A stretch of DNA of 64,000 bases from Candidatus Latescibacterota bacterium. GTDB lineage: Bacteria; Latescibacterota; UBA2968. Positions within the stretch are counted from its first letter, which is position 1; every line of letters begins with the position of its first letter. The DNA is taken from the NCBI GenBank assembly GCA_965222605.1, contig OZ244960.1, forward strand, positions 704,001-768,000. The letters run 5' to 3'. Both the position numbers and the translations under genes were made by a program. Under the pieces are notes generated by a model that saw only the letters and a program-made list of their open reading frames with translations, was not told where the DNA came from and made no database searches. This document shows, one piece after another, positions 41,250 to 50,560 of the stretch.

Positions 41250-42734
41250 ATGAAAATACTCGTCATAGGTCTGGATTGCGCGTCGCCCGATTTGATCTTT
41301 CAGCGATTTCGAGATGACATGCCCACCATCAGCAACCTGATCCAGACCGGAGTTTACGGCAACCTCAAAAGCACCATTCCGCCCATCACCATTCCCGCCT
41401 GGATGAGTATGGTAACGGGCAAAGACCCCGGCACACTGGGATTTTACGGGCTTCGCAACCGCGCCGATTATTCCTACAACCGTCTGTCTATCGCCAACTC
41501 AACTCTCGTACATGACGATACCGTTTGGGACATCATTTCTGCTGCGGGCAAAAAAGTAATCCTCGTTGGCGTGCCCCAAACCTATCCCCCCCAGCCAGTC
41601 AACGGCTGTCTGATCGCCTCTTTTCTCACACCGAGCAACAACAGTTCTTATACCTATCCCGACAGTCTAAAAGCCGAAATTGAGCGCGTATCCGATGGCT
41701 ACATTATCGATGTACGCGATTTTCGCACAGATGACAAAGCGCGCTTGCTCCGCGAAATTTACGCCATGACCGAAAAGCGATTTCGCGTGACCCGGCATCT
41801 CATGCAAACCCGTGAATGGGATTTTTGCATGCATGTGGAAATGGGCACAGATCGCATCCACCACGGATTCTGGCGATTTCTGGATCAAATCCACCGAAAA
41901 CACGACCCCAATTCCGAATTTGTGAACGCCATCCGCGACTATTACCGGTATCTCGATGGTGAAATCGCATCCCTAATTGCTCTAACTGGTAAAGACACAG
42001 CCATCCTTCTCGTCTCAGACCACGGTGCCAAGCGCATTGATGGCGGTATCTGCATCAACGAATGGTTGATCCGCGAAGGGTATTTGGTACTAAAAAAATA
42101 TCCCCACAAGCCCATGGCTTATGAGGATCTCGAAATCGACTGGGCAAAAACCACAGCCTGGGGTGCGGGTGGCTATTACGCGCGCATCTTTCTCAATATT
42201 GCCGGGCGAGAACCGAAAGGCATTGTACCACCCGAACAATACCATGTCTTACGCGATGAACTCTCGAAAAAAATCATGGACATTCCCGATGACAAAGGCA
42301 ATCCCCTGCCGACTCAGGTCTTCAAACCGGAGGATATTTACAGCACCATCAACAATATTCCCCCCGATCTGATCGTCTATTTTGGCGATCTGCACTGGCG
42401 CTCTGTTGGCACGATAGGCCATCGCGCCATCCACACCCTTGAAAACGACACCGGACCAGACGATGCCAACCACGCCCAACAAGGTATCTTTATCCTCAAA
42501 GACGGCACGCACACAGGCGAAAGATACAATCTGGAAATACGCGACATCGCACCGACCATACTCGGCCTCCTGGATATACCCATCCCCACCGACATGCAAG
42601 GCCAGGCAATAGTCAACGCGCCCTCAACGCATGCACCATCAGATGCACAGCCTGCACACACGGACAACGAGGTATATACAGAAGACGAAAAAAAGGCCCT
42701 TGAAGATCGACTCAGAGCGTTGGGATATTTGTGA
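41250..42734 (+). CDS. alkaline-phosphatase-superfamily phosphodiesterase/nucleotide pyrophosphatase
   Basis: IGLDCA, STIPPITIPAW, DRIHH, VSDHG, C-terminal RLRALGYL. Confidence 0.88.
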   Translation: MKILVIGLDCASPDLIFQRFRDDMPTISNLIQTGVYGNLKSTIPPITIPAWMSMVTGKDPGTLGFYGLRNRADYSYNRLSIANSTLVHDDTVWDIISAAGKKVILVGVPQTYPPQPVNGCLIASFLTPSNNSSYTYPDSLKAEIERVSDGYIIDVRDFRTDDKARLLREIYAMTEKRFRVTRHLMQTREWDFCMHVEMGTDRIHHGFWRFLDQIHRKHDPNSEFVNAIRDYYRYLDGEIASLIALTGKDTAILLVSDHGAKRIDGGICINEWLIREGYLVLKKYPHKPMAYEDLEIDWAKTTAWGAGGYYARIFLNIAGREPKGIVPPEQYHVLRDELSKKIMDIPDDKGNPLPTQVFKPEDIYSTINNIPPDLIVYFGDLHWRSVGTIGHRAIHTLENDTGPDDANHAQQGIFILKDGTHTGERYNLEIRDIAPTILGLLDIPIPTDMQGQAIVNAPSTHAPSDAQPAHTDNEVYTEDEKKALEDRLRALGYL

Positions 42735-43565
42735 TTAAACATCTCTATCATCCCGGGCAATCACATCCTCTTTGCGAAGCGGTTCCTCTGTGCATATCGA
42801 ATCCAGGAATGGATACGATATATGACTGCGCTTTGCTTCACGTCTTAAACGAAGTTGATAGAGTTCCCGCACACAACGTGCTTTTGTAGTTTCATCGAGT
42901 ACAGCGGGGCAGTGGCGTTGAATATAGTACAGCGCGTAACCCTTCTCCACTTTGATGGGGCCAATCACCCCACCTACCTCAGCGGCAAATAATAGGGGTG
43001 CAACGTCATTGGGAAAGTCTCGTCGCCCAAGACGGCCGAGATACCCACTAACAGGACGCGTTTGTTTATCGAGCGAATATTGACGCGCCAGAGTGTGAAA
43101 ATCTCGCCCTCCGTCCCTGATTTGCATGGCAATCTCTTCGGCAATATCCCGTTCATTAACCAGAATCCAGCATATTTCCCGACGTTCAGACGCCAGTTTC
43201 TGGCTTGCAAAATGAGCTTGAATCTGTTCAGTGGTGATTTGCGCTTTTAACCGCTCCTGGAGCATCTGATATTCAATTTCCCGTGCCATATCGGCAAAAG
43301 AGATATTGCGTTGCGATAAATAGTTCTCCGTATCCTCAACACTTTCCAATCTGTTTTTGTACCGCCATTGATCCATCCTCTTTTGCAGTTCATCACGAGA
43401 AATTTCAATTTTTTCTCGTTGGGCAATTTGAAAAACCAGACCGCGTTGCGTGAAGAAATCGTGCAATGTATCCTTGCCGGTCGCCCGCATGGATTTCACG
43501 ATATGGGATAAACGAATTTGCGTCTCGTCAATTTGAATGATGACGGGATCAATTAAATCAGCCAT
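42735..43565 (-). CDS. parvulin/PpiC-type peptidyl-prolyl isomerase
   Basis: DFHTLARQYSLD...GYLG...GGVIGPI rotamase motifs; follows HlyD gene. Confidence 0.8.
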   Translation of the reverse strand: MADLIDPVIIQIDETQIRLSHIVKSMRATGKDTLHDFFTQRGLVFQIAQREKIEISRDELQKRMDQWRYKNRLESVEDTENYLSQRNISFADMAREIEYQMLQERLKAQITTEQIQAHFASQKLASERREICWILVNERDIAEEIAMQIRDGGRDFHTLARQYSLDKQTRPVSGYLGRLGRRDFPNDVAPLLFAAEVGGVIGPIKVEKGYALYYIQRHCPAVLDETTKARCVRELYQLRLRREAKRSHISYPFLDSICTEEPLRKEDVIARDDRDV

Positions 43566-44909
43566 CTACTCCTCTGGCGAAAGCGCGGCCATTTCGCGCA
43601 ATTGCCGCAGTGGATTGAGTGCGAGCATCAAAATGGACTGGCGATCTGTTATGATTTCCGCCGTGCCCTTCATGCCGAGCATGAATGCTTTTTCCTCACC
43701 GTGTACAAAAATGGTGGTGTTCTCCAGATCAATGATGCCTCTAAACACGGTTCCCGTACCCTCATCGCCCATTGCATCAGGTGAAATCTGTCTCAAATAG
43801 CCGTGCTGGATGCCGTAGTCCTGAAAGGGAAACGCTTCAAATTTGAGCTTTACCTTTTGTCCAGATGACAGCAGACCCACATCTTTGTTCAAGATCAGGG
43901 CTTCGGCTACAATCGGTGTCGAGGCCGGTGCGATGGTTACCAGTGTCTGGCCTTTATTAACCACTTGACCGGGTGTATTGACCAGAACTTGTGTGACGAT
44001 TCCCGATCCGGGTGCAAGAATCAAATCGATGTCCGCATCAACGGATCGGTTAACCGCTTGTTTCGCCCGTTTGAGTCTGATTGCTGCAATGTCATAAGCA
44101 TTTTGGAAATTTGCCCCGGTGCGTTCGATTTCGAGTCGTTCTTCGAGAATTTGGCGTTTTAAGTCCTTTAGGGAAACCTCATAGCGATTGATCTCTGCCA
44201 TCCGCGCGGGCAGTTCTGCCAATGCGCTCAGATAGCGAACTTTGGCTTCATTGAGGGCCGCAAGGCTGATGAGTTTTTTTTCGTACAATTTTTGGTTTTG
44301 CTCATATCGCTGTTTCAAATGTTCTACTTCTGCGGAGCGGAATTGTATTTCGATCTCAATGTCTGGGGGCTGGGAAGTTGTGTTCTGCGTTTCTGTGTGA
44401 TTTTCAAGTGCTTCCCTATAGGTCTCCATCGCGGTTTGCATGACGCGAACGCGATGTTCAAGCGCAGAAATGGTCTCCTTTGCCAAAATTCTTTTTTGCG
44501 GTAGGGTTTGTTGTAAATCAAATTCAGCTTGTTTGAAAGCGATCTCTGCTTGTTCCAATTCGTAGAACTCTTTGAGGGTTTCTTGCGAGCGAAGTCTGAA
44601 TAATATCTGTCCTTCGGCAATATGATCTCCCGAATGAATAGCGATTTCCTGGATTTCACCAGAACGCGGTGCCTGGATGTTCTGAACTTTTCCCAATGGG
44701 ACCAGACGGAATGGGGCCGTTGCGACAATATCGACCTGACCGTACCAGGCCCATGCTATGGAGATGGCAATAAAAAGCAGTAAGACATAAATAAGTGCGC
44801 GGCTGAAAAAGGGGTGCAATGACCCTAAAAACTCGATGGTGCTTTCGGCCAGGTCAGTTTCGTGTTCAAGCGGTTCTTCCCGTGGTTTTTCAACTTGAGC
44901 TTCAGCCAT
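43566..44909 (-). CDS. HlyD-family type I secretion membrane fusion protein
   Basis: N-terminal TM, coiled coil, NKDVGLL..GQKVKLKFEAFPFQDYG...ISPDA. Confidence 0.92.
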   Translation of the reverse strand: MAEAQVEKPREEPLEHETDLAESTIEFLGSLHPFFSRALIYVLLLFIAISIAWAWYGQVDIVATAPFRLVPLGKVQNIQAPRSGEIQEIAIHSGDHIAEGQILFRLRSQETLKEFYELEQAEIAFKQAEFDLQQTLPQKRILAKETISALEHRVRVMQTAMETYREALENHTETQNTTSQPPDIEIEIQFRSAEVEHLKQRYEQNQKLYEKKLISLAALNEAKVRYLSALAELPARMAEINRYEVSLKDLKRQILEERLEIERTGANFQNAYDIAAIRLKRAKQAVNRSVDADIDLILAPGSGIVTQVLVNTPGQVVNKGQTLVTIAPASTPIVAEALILNKDVGLLSSGQKVKLKFEAFPFQDYGIQHGYLRQISPDAMGDEGTGTVFRGIIDLENTTIFVHGEEKAFMLGMKGTAEIITDRQSILMLALNPLRQLREMAALSPEE

Positions 44910-45180
44910 TGAAACTCCATAACTGATATTAAATGAGGAGTGTGCATAATTCTTGTGTTGTGGTACAACGACGTATAGAGTTTTTTTAATATTTTTCTTT
45001 TATGCCTTCGGCGACTTCATTTTTTTGCGCGCCCAAAAAAATGAAGAAAAAAAAGGGCGCCCCTGCGGGGGGCTTGCACAGCGCGAATCGTTTGTGGGGA
45101 TTGCACGAAAGAAGGTGGCCTTCATAGTTTGGATGTATAATGGATGTCTGCTGCGATACGGACTTACGCGCTGTGCGAGT

Positions 45181-48156
45181 TTATACGACCTGTAATTGTT
45201 GTCCCGATAGATTATAATAAAGCCCGCGTTCTGCGATGAGCGTATCGTGCGTTCCCTGTTCGACGATATTCCCGTCATCCAGTACAAGGATTAAATCCGC
45301 ATCTTTGACTGTGCTCACCCGGTGGGCGATGATAAATGCGGTCTTACCTTCCAGCATGGTGTCCAATCCCTCCTGAATCGCCCGCTCGGACTCTGTATCC
45401 AGGGCATTTGTGGCTTCGTCAAAGATGAGGATTTTGGGGTCGCCATATAGTGCCCGGGCAATGGACAGGCGTTGCCGCTGACCGCCGGAAAGTCCCACGC
45501 CCTGTTCCCGAATTTTGGTTTCATATCCCATTGGCAGGTCTTTGATAAAGTCGTGGGCATAAGCGAGTTTGGAGACTTCCATCAAACGGTCCATATCGAC
45601 GTCTTTGACCCCGATGGCGATATTTTCGGCGATGGTGGCATTGAACATGACGGGTTCTTGCAAAACCATCCCCACCTGACGCCGCAGCCATCCGGGATCA
45701 AATTCGCGCAGGTCTGTATCATCGAGGGTGACGGATCCCTCTGTGGGATCAAATAGCCGGGGTATGAGTTTTACCAGCGTTGTTTTGCCAGCACCGCTGC
45801 GGCCAACTATGGCTACTTTCTGACCGGGCCTTATGTCCAAATTTATATCGCTTAAGACATAAGGCTCTGTCGATCCCGATCCATACCGAAAGAACACCTT
45901 GTCAAATGCGATATGTCCCTCTACGTCTGTGAGTTGAACCGAATAGTTGCGATTGCGCGATGACTCGGTTCGCATATCGTAGATATCGTTTAAGCGGTCC
46001 AGCCCCAATTTTGCCAGTTGAATCTGCGGCCACAGGTTGATCAATCCCATAATCGGTCCCAACACACTGCCGCTGAGCATATTGAAAGCGATAAGCTGAC
46101 CGACCGATAAGTCGCCCTGAATGACCAGATTCGCGCCATACCAGAGCACGACCGTGCTGCCCACAACACTGTTCAACTGTCCCAAAGACCCAAATAGCAT
46201 ATTTGTCTTAATCGCGGTAAAACCGATTTTTATCTCCTGAGTCAAGCGTTCTTCCCACAACCATCGCGTGGATTTTTCGACTGCGAGGGTTTTTATGACC
46301 TCAATCCCGCGCAGGGAATCGATGAGCACAGATGACCATTCCGAGCGGGCGAGAAAAGAGCGCTGGTTGATGGACTTGAGGATTGGGGTGTAGATTAAGG
46401 TCAGGACAATGCTAAATGGTATGAATGCCAGAACCCAAAGTGTCAAAGTGGTGTGGTAATAGAACATCAGGCCCAGATAGACAAAGATCATGACCGCATC
46501 TAAGACGGCTGAAATAGCCGTTTCTGTCAACAAGCTCCTCAAGTACTGGCTCTCTCGAAATCGCGTCATGATGTCACCGGTTCTGCGCAGGGCGAAAAAC
46601 CGCATGGGCAAACGGAGAAGATGATGGTAGATATGCGATAACATCGAGATGCTGATGCGCGCACCCACATATCCAATCAGGTAGTTGCGCAGTGATGATG
46701 TGGCTATCCGAAATAAGGCGATGATGATCATGCCCATGAGCAGGAGATTGAGCAGACCGGTATCCTGGTGAACGAGGACTTGATCGAGGATCATCTGGGT
46801 GAACAGGGGTGAGGCAAGGCCAAAGATATTCAGCACAAGGGAGGCCATCGTAATTTCGGTGAGAATACCGAGATATGGGCGGGCGAGCGGGAAAAACCGC
46901 CTGAACGATGATTTTCTCCCCCTATATCTCGAGACCTTGTCGGTATATTCGAGTATTAAGGCGAGTTTGGACCACTTGTCTTCAAATTCTTTGCGGGAAA
47001 TTTTTCTGCGCCCGAGCGCGGGGTCTGCTATCCAGGCGTATTTTGAATTGATCCGATACAGGACGACAAAGTGATAGCCTTCCCAGTGCGCAATGAGGGG
47101 CAGGTCTCTTTCTCCGATTTCACTGTATCCTATCCGCACGCCGCGCGTTAGAAAGCCCAGGTTTTCAGCGGCTTCGGCAAGTGCGGATAAGGATGTGCCT
47201 TCCCGCGAGACATTGGCCATGTCTCGCAGGCGATTTAATCCAATGGATCGCCCGTAATATTGACAGATCATGCCGAGACAGGCCGCGCCGCAATCGGTCT
47301 CATCGTGTTGCTTGATATAGGGAAATGTGATGTAGTTGCGCAGTTTTCGAGGACTTTGATCCGAGATGCTATTTTCAGGCTCGATCTCTATCGTTTTAAT
47401 TCGACCATTTTGCGGCAATGTTTCGAGCGGCTCTTCTTGTTCATCCTGGGCAGTTTTCTCGAAAACCCGAATGAGTTGGGGTGCTCTTTCAAGCACGCTA
47501 ACAAGGTCGATGTGCGAAAGGATGTAAAGCACCACTTCTGTTTCAGTTTCAATAATGAGCTGATCATCTGTGCCGCCAAAAAACTCACCCGGCTTTAATC
47601 TTTTGGCGGGTTGGTCCGCCTCTTTCAATCGCAAGGTTCCGCGCCCAATGAGATAGAGCCTTTTTGCTTCTTCATCCCTCCATACTGCTTTTTCCCCTGC
47701 TGCAATAACCTTTCGCTCCAGACATTGAAAGAAAAGCTGCATGGCTTCATGGAGGTTTACAGTGTCCAGTTCTATGAATTTTGTGAAGTCCCGATAGGCG
47801 ATGTCTCGCACCTGATCAAGCAGGTAATATTTCAGTTCTCGATACTCTGATACGAGGGCACGAAAGTTGCTCTGAGAAATTTTCAGCACGGTTGAGGGTT
47901 CAACCGCCCGAACCGTTGCCCTGCGCGGTTTGCCCGTGAGCAACGCGCCTTCTCCGCAATGGTCGCCGGGAAAGAGATAGCTTAGGGTTTGCATCTGGTC
48001 ATTGCTGTCTCTCGTTAAGACCCTGAGTTGCCCAGATACGACATAATAAAAGCAATCGCCCCTATCGCCTTCATAAAACAAGACCTCTCCGAGATTGGCC
48101 TGCATTTCCTCTGCATGAGGTCTCAGAGAGGCATATAGATCGGTTGGTTTCATCAT
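45181..48156 (-). CDS. peptidase-containing ABC transporter (cNMP-binding + C39 peptidase + ABC)
   Basis: GEGALL...RRATVRA cNMP domain; QHDETDCGAAC, HFVV, IADP C39 residues; GRSGAGKT, LSGGQRQR. Confidence 0.93.
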   Translation of the reverse strand: MMKPTDLYASLRPHAEEMQANLGEVLFYEGDRGDCFYYVVSGQLRVLTRDSNDQMQTLSYLFPGDHCGEGALLTGKPRRATVRAVEPSTVLKISQSNFRALVSEYRELKYYLLDQVRDIAYRDFTKFIELDTVNLHEAMQLFFQCLERKVIAAGEKAVWRDEEAKRLYLIGRGTLRLKEADQPAKRLKPGEFFGGTDDQLIIETETEVVLYILSHIDLVSVLERAPQLIRVFEKTAQDEQEEPLETLPQNGRIKTIEIEPENSISDQSPRKLRNYITFPYIKQHDETDCGAACLGMICQYYGRSIGLNRLRDMANVSREGTSLSALAEAAENLGFLTRGVRIGYSEIGERDLPLIAHWEGYHFVVLYRINSKYAWIADPALGRRKISRKEFEDKWSKLALILEYTDKVSRYRGRKSSFRRFFPLARPYLGILTEITMASLVLNIFGLASPLFTQMILDQVLVHQDTGLLNLLLMGMIIIALFRIATSSLRNYLIGYVGARISISMLSHIYHHLLRLPMRFFALRRTGDIMTRFRESQYLRSLLTETAISAVLDAVMIFVYLGLMFYYHTTLTLWVLAFIPFSIVLTLIYTPILKSINQRSFLARSEWSSVLIDSLRGIEVIKTLAVEKSTRWLWEERLTQEIKIGFTAIKTNMLFGSLGQLNSVVGSTVVLWYGANLVIQGDLSVGQLIAFNMLSGSVLGPIMGLINLWPQIQLAKLGLDRLNDIYDMRTESSRNRNYSVQLTDVEGHIAFDKVFFRYGSGSTEPYVLSDINLDIRPGQKVAIVGRSGAGKTTLVKLIPRLFDPTEGSVTLDDTDLREFDPGWLRRQVGMVLQEPVMFNATIAENIAIGVKDVDMDRLMEVSKLAYAHDFIKDLPMGYETKIREQGVGLSGGQRQRLSIARALYGDPKILIFDEATNALDTESERAIQEGLDTMLEGKTAFIIAHRVSTVKDADLILVLDDGNIVEQGTHDTLIAERGLYYNLSGQQLQVV

Positions 48157-48211
48157 ATTCTCAAATGCAACAAATGCCTGGGGTTATGTATGAAAGGAAT
48201 ATATGCGATAC

Positions 48212-48267
48212 GTAGAGGCGGTGCCCCCGTATAAAAGCACTACGGGGCAGGCTCCTGTGCCCGCCCG
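48212..48267. repeat. composite REP-like palindromic element
   Basis: GTAGAGGCGG...CCGCCC outer arms enclosing GCCCCCGTA...TACGGGGC inner palindrome. Confidence 0.5.
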
Positions 48268-48308
48268 TTCTGATCCTTTTTGTTTCGACCCGTTTTGCAT
48301 ATAATCGT

Positions 48309-48909
48309 TTACTCAGCTTCAAATACACCCCACTTTGAGTCGGGTGAGTCCTTGATTATTTCATTGTCCGAAAGCAGGACATGAAATCTGTATCGACTTC
48401 TGCTAAAAGGCATCCAGGTATAAATGGAATAGCAACGGCGGCAAGCCGTTATCTTGAACTCTGTGTCGCATGGAATACAGTCCCAAAACCCTGCCGGTTT
48501 TCTTTGGCATCGCAGGCACTCAACTTGTTCAATCAGGTTTTTATTTCGTTCCTGGAATTTCGCCAATTCATTAGGAGACACTACGGAGCCTATATACCAT
48601 ACACCTGAAGAGTTGCACACCTTGCAAAGATCTTTCGTCACCATCCATCGTTCGTTTTTCGCCCGAAAAATCATCGTACACAATCAGGCAATTGTTACAA
48701 GCGAAAATGCCCTCCACGCCTGGCTCGCGGTCCTCAAACCGCCTGAAGTATTCCAGAATATCGGCCTTATCATCATCGGGCAATTTTTCATAAGGCTGTA
48801 TTTTGGATCCACACTCCTCACAGGAGTAGCCAAAGAAATTCTTTGCCAATCTACCACCAATTCCCAGGAATACGATAATGAGAATGGTCAAAATAATAAA
48901 CGCTTCCAC
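48309..48909 (-). pseudogene. frameshifted membrane-anchored CxxC-rich (zinc ribbon) protein
   Basis: GAGG RBS + GTG; ORF1 (TM, CEEC, CNNC) and overlapping ORF2 (CKVC, CLRC, CIPC, CRRC) join near 48625 by a frame change. Confidence 0.55.
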
Positions 48910-49201
48910 GGTCGGTTCCTCATGTTAGTGGTTATTGCTACGTCCTCTGCCCTACGGTTTTGCATCCTGCTCATACTCACTGCGCTGCATTGTAGAGCTT
49001 GCACTGGAGCAATGTCACGCGCAGCACAACGCCAGTAATCCAGTGCCGCGCCTGCGCTGTAGTTGACCTTGCCTTTTCTCTACTCCATTATCCTATCTGC
49101 CTCTGGCACATGGAGATGCTACGTTCTCTGATCTACGGGTTTTCATCCCTGTTCATCGGTGGTTATCGGTGGTTGCTTTTTTGGGGTTGCTTTTATCTTA
49201 T

Positions 49202-50560
49202 CTATTCAATCAATTCTTTGACGCCGTGAACGCGAATATCAACTTCAGGCAAGTGTTTATTCAGAATGTCTGTGATGTGATCCTGTGGTCCGACAAAGAT
49301 CATGATCATATTTTCTGGCACAAAGAACTTTTCGAGAAAAGCTCGCACCTCAGCATCAGTGACTGCATCATAACCGCCTTTTCGGTGTGGTCTGTTGTAA
49401 ATGGCTTTATTTACCTCACGGTCAAGACTTCGTTGGGGTGTCAGGTTATGGACATAAGAAACTTTGAGAATCTCACGTCTTTCTTTTAGTGCCTCCCAAA
49501 AACGAGGGTTATCGGAAAGTCCTCGGATGAAATCGGACATTTTTAAGATCAATTCTTCGCTGTTATGAAGCTGGGGATCAGCATAAATATTAAGATATCT
49601 GATGCCTTCTGACCATCGTATCTGACAAGAAGGGCCATAGACCAATCCCAATTTTTGTCTGAAATACCGATGAATCAGACCTTGGGCATCATCCAGAAGT
49701 GCATCTGATACGAGTGTGGTAATATAGGTTTCTTCACCAACACTACCACAGGGGATTAACCAAGAGCAGAACACACTCTTTACATTTGAATTAAAGACAA
49801 AAGCCGAAGAACCAATGTTATAATCCGTTGTTGGAAATTTCAGTGAATGCACAAACCCGCTTGCCTGCCTACCTGAGGCAGACGCAAGCAGGCCCGCCTG
49901 CCGTGTCTCTATAATTGGACTAAGCAACTTAGTAACCTCAGTGGAATCGAGATCTGAAATCACCTTAAAAAACACCACGTCTGTTTTCAGTAGTCGATCA
50001 TAATATTGCGTGATGTCCTTAAGCGAGAGATTCATCAGCGTTTTTAAGGACTTGAGTTTCTTGATGCCTTTTGTTTGTGCAACTGCAAAATTTCTCATAA
50101 GCGGAAGGGGGGTTCTCCTGAGATAATTCTGGTAATCAGTAACCATCAGTTTTTTCACGTATCGCAAGTCAGACTCAGAAAATTCGAGATTATATATGAG
50201 ATTGCGAACTATTTCTATGGACTCAGCGCAGTTCTCAGATAGACCATAAATAGATATTGTATGGTAAAGGGTCTGGGTAGAGACATTTAGACGGGTACCT
50301 AATGCTTCCAGTTGATCCATGTGCCCATGCTTTTTGGCAGCTTCCTGAATCAATTTTGAGACTGTTACTGCAAGCCCAATCTGAGAAGGTGGTTCCTGTT
50401 TGCTTCCCGCACCGAGGAAGACAGTCTCAATTTTTGTCAACGGGGCGCGTTTGTCGTTGGAATAAAAAATATGATGGTTGGAAATTTCTGCATAAGCGGG
50501 CAAGACGCCAACCACGTAACACAGGGCAGCGTTAAGCATCACTTTCAGAAACATATTCAT
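49202..50560 (-). CDS. M16 peptidase family protein, non-catalytic subunit
   Basis: Signal peptide, GAGS..EP...GLA without HxxEH, RQKLGLVYG, VTDAEVRAFLEKFF. Confidence 0.78.
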   Translation of the reverse strand: MNMFLKVMLNAALCYVVGVLPAYAEISNHHIFYSNDKRAPLTKIETVFLGAGSKQEPPSQIGLAVTVSKLIQEAAKKHGHMDQLEALGTRLNVSTQTLYHTISIYGLSENCAESIEIVRNLIYNLEFSESDLRYVKKLMVTDYQNYLRRTPLPLMRNFAVAQTKGIKKLKSLKTLMNLSLKDITQYYDRLLKTDVVFFKVISDLDSTEVTKLLSPIIETRQAGLLASASGRQASGFVHSLKFPTTDYNIGSSAFVFNSNVKSVFCSWLIPCGSVGEETYITTLVSDALLDDAQGLIHRYFRQKLGLVYGPSCQIRWSEGIRYLNIYADPQLHNSEELILKMSDFIRGLSDNPRFWEALKERREILKVSYVHNLTPQRSLDREVNKAIYNRPHRKGGYDAVTDAEVRAFLEKFFVPENMIMIFVGPQDHITDILNKHLPEVDIRVHGVKELIE

